64,000 nt of DNA, taken from a bacterium (GTDB lineage: Bacteria; UBP18; UBA7526). Under the pieces are notes generated by a model. It ran no database searches. It was not told the DNA's origin and saw only the letters and a list, made by a program, of their open reading frames with translations. Position numbers and translations under genes: made by a program. Positions 50,356 through 62,500 of the stretch are shown here, piece after piece. Each line of letters opens with the position of its first letter. The stretch's first letter is position 1. The stretch lies in NCBI GenBank assembly GCA_030615855.1, contig JAUWYL010000002.1:68423-132422 (forward strand), given 5' to 3'.

Positions 50356-50748
50356 CTAGGTTTTGCCCTCTTCTAACTTCTTAACCTCCAAAACCTTCTC
50401 CACTGTCTTCATAATTTCCACAATGTCGAATGGCTTATGAAGACAGTCCTGAACCCCTTCGATCATGGCCTGTTCAATGAGCTCCTCCACAGAGTAACCG
50501 GTCATCATAATGGTATGGGCATTGGGATCGACCTCTTTAATTTTCTTATAGGTTTCTAAGCCATTTATTCCGGGCATCACAATATCTAAAAAGATGATAT
50601 CGAACTTACCTTTCTTCACTTCCTCTATTGCCTGATAACCATCCTTTGCTATAGTAATCTTATGTCCTCTGGTACCCAAGACTCTGGAAAAAAGATCCAG
50701 GATAACCTGCTCATCGTCAACGACCAGAATGTTTGCTCCCTGTGCCAT
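50356..50748 (-). CDS. Single-domain response regulator
   Basis: VVDDE, LDIVMPG, MTG, KPF. Confidence 0.92.
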   Translation of the reverse strand: MAQGANILVVDDEQVILDLFSRVLGTRGHKITIAKDGYQAIEEVKKGKFDIIFLDIVMPGINGLETYKKIKEVDPNAHTIMMTGYSVEELIEQAMIEGVQDCLHKPFDIVEIMKTVEKVLEVKKLEEGKT

Positions 50749-50750
50749 AT

Positions 50751-52262
50751 TTATTCTCCTATTCTGCGGGCAGGCAGGATAATCCTGAACTCTGCCCCCG
50801 CCCCCTTTCTATTTCTCACCTCTATCTCTCCTCCGTGATCCTTAACAATCCCATAAGTAACAGAAAGCCCCAGGCCTACCCCCTTGCCCGGCTCCTTGGT
50901 AGTGAAGAAGGGCTCAAAGAGCTTATCCATATGCTCCTCCGGAATGCCCGAACCAGTATCTAAGAAGATGGTCTCCACCTTCTTTCCTCGGGCAATGTTC
51001 CTGGTAGTAATGAATAGCTTTCCTCCATGGGGCATGGCATCCCGGGCATTGGTCACCATATTCAAGAATACCTGCTGGAGTTGATTGAAGTTTCCCGTTA
51101 CTTTTGAGAGCTTTGGGCTCAAATTCTTTACAATCTCTATGTTCTGTAATCTAGTCTGATGATCGACTAAGGCCAAAGTGGCCTCAATTGTCTCATTAAT
51201 ATCCACTTCTCTAAATCCTCCCTTCGTCTGACGGGAGAAATTTAGTAGACCGGAGACGATCTCCTTGCAGTGGAGGGCAGCCTCTTCAATGGCCTTCAAG
51301 TCCTTATATTTCGGATCATCCTCCTTAGTATCCAATAATGCTGCCTGGGCGAAGCCCAGGATCCCTCCTAAGGGGTTATTCATTTCATGGGCTACCCCTC
51401 CTGCCAATCTTCCCACAGCAGCCATCTTCCCCGATTGGACGAGCTGCTCCTGGGTAGCCCGTAGCTCCCTATAGGCCCTCCTCAGACCCTCCTCCAACTT
51501 GGCCTTCTTTGTCACATACTCCACCAGGCTCACCGTCCCAATGATGTTATTCTCCCTATTCTTTAAGGGATGGGATCGGATGTTGATGACCACCTCCTCT
51601 TTAGCCCTAGGAGGTTGATATTTTATACTGCTACTGTGAGTGGATGATCCGGCCTCTATGATGTGGGAGAGGTTCGCCCTCCAATCGAAATCCTCTGTGG
51701 GGGGAAAGATCTCCCAAAAGTATTTCTTCAGGATCTCACTCTTCGCTAGATCAGTATGGGCCTCTAACTCCCTATTCGCTCCAGTTATCTTGCCCCATCT
51801 ATCGGTGGTGATGATCCCCTCTGTGATACTCTCTACAATATTCTCATTGTACTCCTTCAGATAGAATAATTGATTCCTGTAGCGAAGACCGATTCCGGAT
51901 ATTTTCCCCACAATAAAGGCCGCCAGGTTAAGGGAGACAACCTTTATCAAGAAGTCCCTGGTTAAGAAGGCCCCCCATCTTCCAGTAACGCTGACCAAAA
52001 CGATGGCATAGAGGATGCTCACTGTACCAGAGATTATCAAGCCCCCTCTTAGGCCATAATAGATTGCCCCTACCAGAATGGGAAGATAGTAGATGTAGAA
52101 GAAGAAGGCCCTCAGGCCATAACCCATATAGAGATACCAGGATAAGGCGATACAGACCAAGAGGGTCAAGGTCACCATCATCCTCTTGAACTGCTCTTCT
52201 GGATAGAAGATGCCCGGGACTGGTTTGGTCTTATTGGTTCTGGGGCTCATTGATTCTCCCAA
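50751..52262 (-). CDS. Membrane PAS-domain sensor histidine kinase (NtrB-like)
   Basis: AHEMNNPL H-box, NARDA, DTGSGI, FFTTK, GLGL. Confidence 0.92.
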   Translation of the reverse strand: MGESMSPRTNKTKPVPGIFYPEEQFKRMMVTLTLLVCIALSWYLYMGYGLRAFFFYIYYLPILVGAIYYGLRGGLIISGTVSILYAIVLVSVTGRWGAFLTRDFLIKVVSLNLAAFIVGKISGIGLRYRNQLFYLKEYNENIVESITEGIITTDRWGKITGANRELEAHTDLAKSEILKKYFWEIFPPTEDFDWRANLSHIIEAGSSTHSSSIKYQPPRAKEEVVINIRSHPLKNRENNIIGTVSLVEYVTKKAKLEEGLRRAYRELRATQEQLVQSGKMAAVGRLAGGVAHEMNNPLGGILGFAQAALLDTKEDDPKYKDLKAIEEAALHCKEIVSGLLNFSRQTKGGFREVDINETIEATLALVDHQTRLQNIEIVKNLSPKLSKVTGNFNQLQQVFLNMVTNARDAMPHGGKLFITTRNIARGKKVETIFLDTGSGIPEEHMDKLFEPFFTTKEPGKGVGLGLSVTYGIVKDHGGEIEVRNRKGAGAEFRIILPARRIGE

Positions 52263-52382
52263 AATAACGGCGCGCTTCGCTCTCCGCCGTCTTTTACTTA
52301 TTGAAGTTCCGATACCTTAAAATAGAAAAGTGATACAATATTTATCTTAACCTAGATAGTTTATCACATTTTTCTGAAGAAA

Positions 52383-55238
52383 TCAAGCCAGAATTTTCTT
52401 TAGGAGTTGTCCCGTGTAGGATTCCTTTTTTCTGGCCACCTCTTCTGGGGTGCCAGAGGCAACAATAAAGCCCCCCTCCTCTCCTCCCTCTGGCCCCAGA
52501 TCAATGATGTAGTCTGGGGTCTTTATCACTTCCGGATTATGCTCAATGACTAAGACCGTATTCCCGGCGTCAACCAAGCGATTGAGAACATCCAATAGTT
52601 TCTGAATATCGGCAAAGTGAAGTCCGGTGGTTGGTTCATCTAAGATATAGAAGGTCTTGCCCGTGCTTCTCTTAGAAAGTTCTGTGGCCAACTTTACCCG
52701 CTGGGCCTCTCCCCCAGATAGGGTGGTGGCGCTCTGGCCCAATTTCATATATCCCAATCCTACATCGTATAAGGTCTGTAACTTATGCTTGATCTTGGGG
52801 ATATTCTTGAAGAATTTTAAGGCCTCCTCAACGATCATATCTAAGACATCTGCGATACTCTTTCCCTTATACCTGATCTCCAAGGTCTCCCTATTGAACC
52901 TCTGCCCCTTACAGACCTCGCAGGAGACATAGACATCGGGCAAGAAGTGCATCTCGATCTTTATTATCCCTTCCCCCTGACAGGCCTCACACCTTCCTCC
53001 TTTCACATTAAAGCTAAACCTCCCCGGCCTATATCCCCTCATCTTGGATTCTGGAATCTGGGAGAATAGTTCTCTAACGGGGGTGAAGACCCCGGTATAG
53101 GTTGCTGGGTTAGAACGCGGGGTCCTTCCAATGGGATCCTGGGTAATGATGATTACCTTATCAATATTCTCCAGGCCCTCTATTCTGTCGTGCTCCCCAG
53201 CCCTTTCCTTTGACTTATAAAACTTATTCGCCAGGGCGCGATATAGGGTCTCATCTACCAGGGTGGATTTTCCGCTTCCCGATACTCCAGTAATACAGAC
53301 AAATACACCCAAGGGGATGGGAACCTTTATATTCTTTAGGTTGTGCTCCCTAGCACCTACAATAGTCAGATACTTCCCTTTCACCTTTCTTCTCTTTTTC
53401 GGCACCTCAATCTTCAACTCTCCTTTAAGATATCTTCCGGTGAGAGACCTCTTGCATCTCATGATCTTCTCTACTGATCCCGTGACTACTACCTCTCCCC
53501 CATGCCTCCCGGCACCTGGACCCAGATCGATGATGTGATCTGCAGACCTTATGGTCGCCTCATCATGCTCTACTACCAGGATGGTGTTCCCCAAGTCTCT
53601 TAAGGCCTTCAGGGTGCTCAATAATCTCCTATTATCCCTCTGATGGAGGCCAATGGAGGGTTCATCCAAAATATATAATACACCCACCAGTCCACTCCCT
53701 ATCTGGGTGGCAAGCCTGGTCCTTTCACCTTCACCCCCCGATAGGGTTCCCGCCATCCTATCGATGGTAAGGTAATCCAATCCCACATTGACTAAAAAGT
53801 TCAACCTCTCTCTTATCTCCTTGATTACCTCTTTTCCGATCAAGGCCTCTTTCCGGCTCAACTTTAAACTATTAAAGAACCTCAAGGCTTGCTTAATACT
53901 TAAGACGCAGACTTCGGCAATGGACTTCCCTCCCACGGTAACCGCCAGGCTCTCCGGCTTCAGCCTGGCTCCCTTACAGTCCGGGCAGGAACGGGTTCTC
54001 ATATACTTATTCCTTATCTCTTCTCTCACATACTCTGATTCCGTCTGATGGTACCTTCTTTCAAGTTGAGTAATTATCCCTTCAAATGGACGATAGAACT
54101 CCCTGGTTGTCCCATGCATCTCTAAACGGAAGTCGAGATAATCCTCACCCGAGCCATAGAGAAGGATGTCTCTCTGTTTCCTTTTTAAGTTCTTCCAAGG
54201 GGCGTGAAGACTGAAGTCATAATGCTCTGCCACAGTCTCTAACTGCTGAAAGTAGTACCTCTCTGCAGCATACTTCCACTTATGCCTCCTGGTAGTGATG
54301 GGCTCGCTCCAGGGAAGAATGGCTCCCTCATAGACAGAGAGATTCCTATCAGGAACCACTAAATCCGGGTCCACCTCCATCCTTATCCCCAACCCATCGC
54401 ATCCCGAACAGGCTCCATAAGGGGAGTTAAAGGAGAACATCCTAGGGGATAATTCCCCAAAACTTATCCCACATTTTATACAAGCGAAGTGTTCACTAAA
54501 TAAAAGTTCAGATTTCCGATTTTTGATTTTTATTACTACGATCCCCTTCCCCAGCTTCAGGGCAGTCTCCACAGAGTCAGCGAGCCTGGATTTTATTCCC
54601 TTCTTTACTATTAGCCTATCTACAATAACCTCAATATCGTGTTTCTTATACCTATCCAAAGAGGGAACCTCTGCTAAGTCATAGACCTTACCATTCACTC
54701 GGGCCCTCACATACCCTTCTCTTTGAATATCTTCAAATAATTTTTTATATTCTCCCTTCCTTCCTCTTATTAGAGGGGCTAATATCTGAATCCTGGTTCC
54801 CTCTGGTAATTCCAATATTCGGTCGGTAATCTCTTGTGCTGTCTGGGGAGAGATCTCCCTTCCGCACTTAGGGCAGTGGGGCTTGCCGATCCGGGCAAAG
54901 AGCAGTCTCAGATAATCGTAGATCTCAGTCATGGTTCCCACAGTTGATCTGGGATTTGCTCCGGCCTTTCTCTGCTCAATGGCAATGGCCGGGGAGAGGC
55001 CTTCAATGGATTCCACATTGGGCTTCTTCAACTGCTCTAGGAACTGTCGGGCGTAGGCAGAGAGGCTCTCTACATACCTCCTCTGCCCCTCAGCATAGAG
55101 GGTATCGAAAGCCAAAGAACTCTTTCCAGAACCCGAGAGTCCAGTGATGACCACCAGCTTATTCCTGGGAATTTTAAGGTTGATATTTTTGAGGTTATGT
55201 TCCTTTGCTCCTTTTATGATAATCGCTTCCCTTCTCAT
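52383..55238 (-). CDS. uvrA: Excinuclease ABC subunit A
   Basis: Two GxSGSGKS Walker A motifs, LSGGE, zinc fingers; start MRREAII at 55238. Confidence 0.97.
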   Translation of the reverse strand: MRREAIIIKGAKEHNLKNINLKIPRNKLVVITGLSGSGKSSLAFDTLYAEGQRRYVESLSAYARQFLEQLKKPNVESIEGLSPAIAIEQRKAGANPRSTVGTMTEIYDYLRLLFARIGKPHCPKCGREISPQTAQEITDRILELPEGTRIQILAPLIRGRKGEYKKLFEDIQREGYVRARVNGKVYDLAEVPSLDRYKKHDIEVIVDRLIVKKGIKSRLADSVETALKLGKGIVVIKIKNRKSELLFSEHFACIKCGISFGELSPRMFSFNSPYGACSGCDGLGIRMEVDPDLVVPDRNLSVYEGAILPWSEPITTRRHKWKYAAERYYFQQLETVAEHYDFSLHAPWKNLKRKQRDILLYGSGEDYLDFRLEMHGTTREFYRPFEGIITQLERRYHQTESEYVREEIRNKYMRTRSCPDCKGARLKPESLAVTVGGKSIAEVCVLSIKQALRFFNSLKLSRKEALIGKEVIKEIRERLNFLVNVGLDYLTIDRMAGTLSGGEGERTRLATQIGSGLVGVLYILDEPSIGLHQRDNRRLLSTLKALRDLGNTILVVEHDEATIRSADHIIDLGPGAGRHGGEVVVTGSVEKIMRCKRSLTGRYLKGELKIEVPKKRRKVKGKYLTIVGAREHNLKNIKVPIPLGVFVCITGVSGSGKSTLVDETLYRALANKFYKSKERAGEHDRIEGLENIDKVIIITQDPIGRTPRSNPATYTGVFTPVRELFSQIPESKMRGYRPGRFSFNVKGGRCEACQGEGIIKIEMHFLPDVYVSCEVCKGQRFNRETLEIRYKGKSIADVLDMIVEEALKFFKNIPKIKHKLQTLYDVGLGYMKLGQSATTLSGGEAQRVKLATELSKRSTGKTFYILDEPTTGLHFADIQKLLDVLNRLVDAGNTVLVIEHNPEVIKTPDYIIDLGPEGGEEGGFIVASGTPEEVARKKESYTGQLLKKILA

Positions 55239-55736
55239 CTTATTAAACTCCAGGCGATAGTCAATACTATCCCAATCCCGAAGAGGCAACCCGACATCTT
55301 TCCCATGGAACTCCCCAGGGGGGTACGTGCTTGCTCTATTCCGCGTCTCTTTAAAACCTCGGCAACCTTTCCTTTAAATAACCCAGCGAAGGCATCAGTA
55401 ATGGCATCTCCTGCTGCCCCTCCCACAATGGCCCCCAATACTCCAGCAAAACTCGCCCCGATCAAAGCAGCAATACCTAAAATTCCGGTATCTATGGTGC
55501 CGAAAACGATATCGGCTGCTACAGTATTTATCTTTCTCTTTGCTAAAGCCAAGGGAATCCAGGGAAGGAACCCTAAAGCGATTAGTGCCGGACCGATCAA
55601 GACCTTATAATATCTATATTAGACGAGGCAAACAAAGTGCGTCGTCATTCTGGATGGTAAAAGAGATGACGCTGATAATAACAATGCTTAGGATAATTAC
55701 ATTCAATAAAGAGGCTCGGAAGGAATCAAACCTCAT
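55235..55736 (-). pseudogene. Small membrane protein (possibly VIT1/CCC1-like) interrupted by an insertion of about 34 bp
   Basis: ATG at 55736 overlaps the upstream stop; frame MRFDSF...FTIQ joins RYYKVLIGPAL... if about 55616-55649 is removed; DIVFGTIDTG motif. Confidence 0.65.
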
Positions 55737-56815
55737 TAGTATGCTCCCGAAAGTAGATGAGGATTACCTATCCTCACCTTCTTTAATCCCGCTTCTAAGG
55801 CAACCTCCCGGCATCTATAGGCGTGTTCCCTAGAAGTAGTAGGCAGATCCTTCATATAGAAGTGAGGGTAGAAACCAAGTAGAGAATAGGGAATATCTGG
55901 ATTCAATTTAGCAATGAAGTTAGCGATGTTCCTAACCTCTTTTTTGTCAACATATCCGGGGACAAGTAGGGTGCTGGCGATTAAGAAAGGGGGCTTCGGC
56001 CTCTCCTCAATCAGTTTAGATAGAGATACAAAGTTTCTTAGAGTCTGCCTATTGCTCACACTGGTCAACGCAATATGGAGGTTCTCATCCCAGGCCTTCA
56101 AATCAAACTTTATGCATCCCCCGCTCTCTAAGCTCAATCTGGCCGCCTTCTCTAAGAGCTCGGGATTCATGCTCCCATTCGTCTCAAAGCAGATCCTCAG
56201 GTTTCCCTTCTTCTCCAGGGCTAACTTAGAGGCCTCTAAGGCATGGGCTAATTGAGGAGTGGGATCTCCTCCGAAGTAGCAGATACAGGCCACTCTCTCA
56301 TTCACCGCATCGACTAGTTCCTGGGCGCTTCGTAGGTTCATCTTAGAGAGTAGATTCCGATAGTGCCAATTCTGGCAGAAGAGACAGTTATAGGTGCAGG
56401 CGCCATAGAAGACGGCTAGGTTAGAGCAGCCGATCTTTTTACTTCCCTCACAGACCCAGTCAGCAACGCAGTTCGTAGGCAGGGAATCATAATACCACTC
56501 TACCACCGCCCCCTCTTTGGTCCCTGCTAAGTTGATTAACTTTCCTTTTTTATTCAAGCGCAGTCCGCAGTAGCCTTTTTCTCCCTCTCCGATCTGGCAT
56601 TCATTAATGCAGATCCGACATTTTATTCCTTCTGGATTTCTCGGTGGCTCTAAGGGAAGATGAAAGACCTCTCTGGCTTTAATATGTAGTCTCTTTATCT
56701 GGGGCAGAACCTCATCTGGAAATTTCCTAATGCAATCTACACAGTAGCCTATATTCTGAGAGATTAGTTCACTCTTCTCACACCTCTTGCATTTTACTTC
56801 TTCTCTTCCTTCCAT
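55736..56815 (-). CDS. Radical SAM protein (PFL-activase-like / AmmeMemoRadiSam-type)
   Basis: CTYNCLFCQN, GGDP, ETNG, N-terminal Cys clusters. Confidence 0.8.
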   Translation of the reverse strand: MEGREEVKCKRCEKSELISQNIGYCVDCIRKFPDEVLPQIKRLHIKAREVFHLPLEPPRNPEGIKCRICINECQIGEGEKGYCGLRLNKKGKLINLAGTKEGAVVEWYYDSLPTNCVADWVCEGSKKIGCSNLAVFYGACTYNCLFCQNWHYRNLLSKMNLRSAQELVDAVNERVACICYFGGDPTPQLAHALEASKLALEKKGNLRICFETNGSMNPELLEKAARLSLESGGCIKFDLKAWDENLHIALTSVSNRQTLRNFVSLSKLIEERPKPPFLIASTLLVPGYVDKKEVRNIANFIAKLNPDIPYSLLGFYPHFYMKDLPTTSREHAYRCREVALEAGLKKVRIGNPHLLSGAY

Positions 56816-56881
56816 AGCTCCTTTCCATATAACAGGCTAAAGACCTCACCCCTAAGGAATCAGAAGCAATAGGTGTAACTT

Positions 56882-57472
56882 TCATCCCAATCTCCCGATA
56901 CTCCTTATAATCTGCATAATTAGTCCGCTGAATAGAGGAATAGTTAGGTTATCCTTCCTTCCTGGTGAGAAGAGTTCCACGATTGAAGCAGCAAGAGCAC
57001 CGATAAAGAGAATGCCAAAACTTAACTTTAGTCTCAAGACTAAGAGAATCATTCCTATTAAAAGGCAGGCGAAAAGGGACCCTAAACCTCCTTCCAAGCT
57101 TTTTCCTTTTATTCTAATCCTTCCATATCTCTTTCCCACAATGGATGCCGCTAAGTCTCCACAGGCCACGAAACATAGGCTGGCGATGGCGATTCCCTTC
57201 TCAAATAATAGAACGGAAAGAAAAGCACCAGAGATGTAATAAGGATTACCGGAGAATCTATTCCTCTCTTCTTCCTTAATAATCCCTCCTAAATATTTCA
57301 GTGTCCACTGGTTAAATCTTGGATAACAAAGACGAAGAAGATCAGCCAAAAAGAAAAAGATAAAGAAAATCGCAAAGATAATAAGGGAGATCTTTTTATC
57401 CGTGAAATAATAGATTAGAGGAAGAAGTAGTCCTCCTAGAAGATGCCATAGATAACGTAGTGGTTTATTCAA
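56882..57472 (-). CDS. Polyprenol/diacylglycerol kinase family membrane protein
   Basis: WH, GDLAASIVG, KSLEG, DNLTIP; probable TTG start at 57472 after GAGG. Confidence 0.8.
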   Translation of the reverse strand: MNKPLRYLWHLLGGLLLPLIYYFTDKKISLIIFAIFFIFFFLADLLRLCYPRFNQWTLKYLGGIIKEEERNRFSGNPYYISGAFLSVLLFEKGIAIASLCFVACGDLAASIVGKRYGRIRIKGKSLEGGLGSLFACLLIGMILLVLRLKLSFGILFIGALAASIVELFSPGRKDNLTIPLFSGLIMQIIRSIGRLG

Positions 57473-57494
57473 AATATTACCTCTCTTAGTTTTT

Positions 57495-57523
57495 AGTATA
57501 CTATAATGTCTTGAAAAAGGCAA
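57495..57523 (-). promoter_or_regulatory. Sigma70-type promoter
   Basis: TTGCCT-17 nt-TATACT. Confidence 0.5.
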
Positions 57524-57690
57524 ACTTGTCCCGTTGATAATTTCATATCTACGGGGCTTGCTATTCTTCATTTCACGTGGTATGATGCATCGGTGAACAG
57601 TGTTACTGAAGGTTAACCGTTTACCCGCTCCCCCGATACATCGGGGTCGCTGTTTACCGTTTACCGTAAACGATCATTCTAAACTGAAGG

Positions 57691-59268
57691 ATGTTAAATA
57701 TGCGATACAGACTATTACTCCTTCTTACCTTCTTGCTTCTCTTTCCTTTCCCAATCTGGGCTAAGGAGGGAGAGAAGAAGGTCGAATTCATCCCTCGGGC
57801 AGATATGGCCTTAGAGATGGGTCGTTACTTTCATAACTGGCCGGGCTATGCCTGGAGGTTCAAAAGAAGGATCAACATAGATATCTGGAGGTTTGGAAAT
57901 AAATTCCTCTTTATGGAATATGAGGATGAGAATATCCTGGGGAGCAGGTGGGCAAACGAAGACGACCCCCGAAAGATCCGCCATGAGATCGCCTATCTGG
58001 GCCTAAGGCGGGACTGGGAGAAGCATAGCCTCTCTTATTTCTACCGGCACGTCTGCCACAACCGGGTGGATAGGACGACAGGGAAGTTCATGCTCTGGGA
58101 TGTCATTGAGGCCAGGTGGGAGACGAAGGGTATGAGATTGGGATATAAGAACGAGGGGATAGATTTCAATTCCCAAAAAGAATTTGAATTCTTGAATAAA
58201 TTTAATGGCATGGCTGGTTTAGGCCTGGTGACTACCCATGAGCATTGTAGATATTCTGCGGTGGGCGAAGGGGGGATGAGATACGATATCTTAAGATATA
58301 GAAATGGAATTCCCTATCTCCTGACCAAACTCTATGCTACTATTGACCCTCATCTAAGACCCAACCTTACTTTAGAATCTGGAGTCCGGTTTCACCTGAA
58401 ACATTTTGATCTTACTCCCTTTATAGAATACGAGCATCAATATGATGTTGAGAGGCGGGAAGGACCGGTGGGAAACTTTTTATTCACCGGCCTGCGCCTG
58501 GAGACCCATGGTGATGAGTTGGTGCCTACTTTCAAAAGGAATTCTCTCTTCCTTCCCGGGTTAAATGTCGGGGGCTACTATGCTAAGGTCTTGGATAGTG
58601 ACGACTTCGGTTATGATAGTGATCTGGCCTTCAATTTAGATCTCTACCGAAAAGATAGGTTTATCGCTTTCTTAAATACTGGCTTAGTAATCAATACCAC
58701 AACTGAGAATCAGAAGCCTCACTTCATCGGCTATTCCTTAGAGCCAGGTTTGGCAATAGATTTTGATAAAAATGTTTTGGATTTTTTCTTCCGCCACTGG
58801 TCACGGCATAACGGTGATGTCAACGGCAATGTCGTAGATGGGATTACAGAGGGATATAAACTGATAGGAAGTCGATTTCAGAGTCGGGGCATGAAGCTGG
58901 GGTATAGAAATGAGGGAATAGACTTTGATTCCGGAAAGGATTTCGAATTCTTGAAGAAGGTTGACTGGCAGGTCTCGACAGGGGGATATGTCACCACTTC
59001 TAATTATGACTACGATTGGGAGGCAGGGGCCGGAGTAAGGTGGGATATCCTGAGGCATAAGAGAAAGATCCCCTATCTCTCAGCCAACCTCCGCCTCCTC
59101 CAGGGTCCCAATACAGATGGGGATTATACCATGGAGGCCGGAGTGAGGTTCTGCGGCAAGAAAGGGAATGCGACCCTCTTTACCCAGTACCGCTACCGGG
59201 AGAACGCCTCTCGCTTCGGAGGTTACGATGCCAAACAAAAAATACTGGGCCTTGGATTTGATTTTTAG
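57691..59268 (+). CDS. Hypothetical outer-membrane beta-barrel protein with internal duplication
   Basis: Signal peptide, C-terminal Phe, two homologous halves. Confidence 0.7.
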   Translation: MLNMRYRLLLLLTFLLLFPFPIWAKEGEKKVEFIPRADMALEMGRYFHNWPGYAWRFKRRINIDIWRFGNKFLFMEYEDENILGSRWANEDDPRKIRHEIAYLGLRRDWEKHSLSYFYRHVCHNRVDRTTGKFMLWDVIEARWETKGMRLGYKNEGIDFNSQKEFEFLNKFNGMAGLGLVTTHEHCRYSAVGEGGMRYDILRYRNGIPYLLTKLYATIDPHLRPNLTLESGVRFHLKHFDLTPFIEYEHQYDVERREGPVGNFLFTGLRLETHGDELVPTFKRNSLFLPGLNVGGYYAKVLDSDDFGYDSDLAFNLDLYRKDRFIAFLNTGLVINTTTENQKPHFIGYSLEPGLAIDFDKNVLDFFFRHWSRHNGDVNGNVVDGITEGYKLIGSRFQSRGMKLGYRNEGIDFDSGKDFEFLKKVDWQVSTGGYVTTSNYDYDWEAGAGVRWDILRHKRKIPYLSANLRLLQGPNTDGDYTMEAGVRFCGKKGNATLFTQYRYRENASRFGGYDAKQKILGLGFDF

Positions 59269-59365
59269 TTACCACTCGTATCTTATGCCAAAAAGTCCAA
59301 AATCATCCGTCTTTCCATCGCATCGATCAATATCGTGCTTGTGCCTTATCTGACAGAAGAAACTC

Positions 59366-59400
59366 AAAAAGAAAAAGGGCAAGAAATTTATCTTGCCCTT
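59366..59400 (-). terminator. Rho-independent terminator
   Basis: AAGGGCAAGA/TCTTGCCCTT stem followed by a T-tract on the minus strand. Confidence 0.7.
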
Positions 59401-59587
59401 CCTTATAACTCTTGATAGCCATTATAAAGTTGCTAAATTTATAGCGAAGTTACATCCTTGAAGCATCGGAATTTGAATAAATTACGATGCTGAGGATTAG
59501 GGGGTTTGGGGGAAAGAATCTGCTTTCCCCCAAGGGGTGACAGGGAGGCAAAGCATGTCTTTGCCGACCGCCAGAGGGGCAAAGCCC

Positions 59588-62500
59588 CTATGGAAGTAAC
59601 CCCGAAGGGGTTATCTTGCCATACAGTATCTTCCGCATCCGGCTGGTCACTCGGTAAGAGATGTGATCCACAATACTATAGACCACGGGGATAACGAAGA
59701 GGGTTAAAAAGGTAGAGAATAATAGTCCAAAGGAGACGGCAACCGCTAAAGAGGAGCGCATCTCTGAACCAGTGGTGCGGCTGAAGACCATGGGGAATAT
59801 GGCCAAGATGGTGGTAGAGGAAGTGATGAGTATCGGCCGCAGCCGGGTAGCCGCTCCCTGGATGAGCGCCTGGTGCTTCTCTATCCCCTTTCTCTTAAGT
59901 CGATTGATATAGTCGATCATCACAATAGCATTATTGACCACAATCCCTACCAGCATGATGGTTCCCATAAAGGACTGAACATTCAGGGTCTTACCGAAGG
60001 CCAATAGTCCAAAAACCACCCCGATAAGAGCTAAGGGGATAGTGAACATTATTATAAAGGGCTGGGAAAGGGATTCGAAGAGAGCGGCCATGACCATATA
60101 GACCAAGATGATGCCTATGATGAGGGCGATAGTAAAGGAACGAAAGGTCTCCTGCATATCCTCATACCTCCCCCCATATTCCACAAAGTACCCTGGAGGA
60201 AACTCGATCTTGGATACCTTACTCTTAATATCCCTTATGATCCGACCCAGATCCCGACCATAGCTATTGGCGGTTACTGAGATCTTTCTCTCTTGGTCTT
60301 CCCGGGTAATCCTTAAAGGGCCTTCAGCATACTCTATAGTAGTGATCTGATATAGAGGAACCTGAAAACCAAGAGATGAGGCGATGGCGATGTTCTTTAT
60401 ATCCTCAAGGGAATCGCGCTCCATCTCTCTATACCTCACCCGGATATCATACTCCTCCCCACCGATCCTATACTTGGTGGCCACCTTTCCCAATAGGGCG
60501 GTCTTCACGCTATGGGCCACCTGATCCAAGGTAAGTCCCATGCGGCGCGCCTTTACCCTATCCAACTTTATCTGTAACTCAGGCTTTCCCTTCTTCAGAG
60601 TAACATCGATATCCCGCAACCCCCCAATGTCCTCACACTCTGAAGCAATCCTATCGGCAAAATCCTTCAATCTATCCAGGTCCTTGCCGAATACCTTCAC
60701 CTCTATGGGCCTCTCCCCCCCACCCCCAATGAACATCTCCCTCATATCCATGAACTCAAAGCTCGCTTCCTCAATCCTGGGAAGCCTGCCCCTAATGACC
60801 TCAATGATCTGGTCTGATGAACGCTTTCTCTTCTCCTTCTCCTCTAACCTTATAAAGACCTGGGCTTCATTCACCCCGGCCGCCCCCATGCCCCAGGCCA
60901 CATCATACTTACCGGCCTCAGAGAGCCCTACAAACCCACCCACAAATTTAGCCTCAGGCTCCTTCAGCATACTCTCCTCTATCCCCTTTACTACTCGGTT
61001 GGTCTCCTCTAAGGAGGTTCCCACCGGCATCCTGACCAAGGCCATATGCATGGGCATATCTGCCTTGGGCATAAATTCTGCGCCCAGGAAAGGAATGAGA
61101 GCCAGACTCAGGAGGAATAGGCACAGAGCAGTTATTATTACTACCTTCCGATGAGAGAGGGCCCATCCCAAGGCCCGCTTATAGGCCTCTCTAAATCGCT
61201 CAAACCCCCCTCGGCCAAGACCTTTCTCTTCACCTCTTTTAAATATTACTGAAGCCACCATGGGTACTAAGGTTAGAGCAACGAAGAGAGAGGCAAATAG
61301 CGAGAGGCAGATGGTGAGAGACATGGGTCGCAGTAGCCGGGCGGCCATCCCGGTAGTCAGAGATACCGGCAGGAATACGGCCAGGGTAGTCAGAGTGGAG
61401 GCGGTTATGGCCAGGCCCACCTCAGATGCCCCGATCCTTGCTGAAGCCTTCCTATCCTTCCCCTCCTCTAAGTGGCGGAAGGTATTCTCTATGACCACCA
61501 CCGCATTATCCACCAGCATCCCCACCCCCAAGGCCAATCCCATCAGGGTTATTAGGTTAAAGGTATATCCCACAGCATACATACCGATGAAGGTGGTGAG
61601 CACAGATATGGGGATGGCCAGGGATATGGCAAAGGTCGGTCGCCAGTTCCTTAAGAAGAGGAAGAGGAGGATGATGGCCAGTATCCCTCCCTGGAAGGCA
61701 TTGATCGTAGTGAAGCGCACGATGCTCTTGATTATATGGCCCTGATCCCACAGAGAATAGAACCTTATATCCTTAGGGATCTCCTCTTTTAATCTCTCCA
61801 GTTCTCTCTTTACCCGATTGAGCACCATTACTGTATTGGCCCCGGACTGCTTCATAATCCCCAATAGTACACAGTCCTTGCGGTTTGTTCGGGCATAGTT
61901 TCTTATCTCCTTATGGGTGTCTACCACTTGGGCGATATCCTTGAGATAGATGGGGGTGCCCTGATGGGTAGTGACTACTATATTGCGCATGGTCTCCAAG
62001 TCTTTGAACTCACCCAATGTTCTTACCAAGTATTCGGTATATCCTTTGGTGATATGGCCTCCAGTAACATTCAGGTTCTCCTGGCGCAGGATCTGGATTA
62101 TCTCTTCCAATGCTAAATGGTGGGCTTGGAGTCTCTCTCTATCAATGAGGATATTGATCTCCCTCTCCAAGCCTCCCATGAGCATGCAGGAGGCCACCCC
62201 TTCCAATCTCTCCAGTCTGGGCTTAATATTATCATCCAGATAGTCGCGCAATACCTGGGTATTCTCCATTCCCGTAATTCCATAGTAGAGGACTGGGAAG
62301 TCGGCCATATTGAACTTGACCACTAAGGGATTATCTATCTCTTCGGGCAGAAAGTCACGGGTTAAAGAGACCTTATCCCGCACATCCTGGGCAGCGAAGT
62401 CTAACCTTGTCCCCCACTCAAACTCTACCATTACTGCCGAGATACCTTCCTGAGAGAAGGAGGCCACATTCCTAACATGCTTGACTGTGGAGACTATCTC

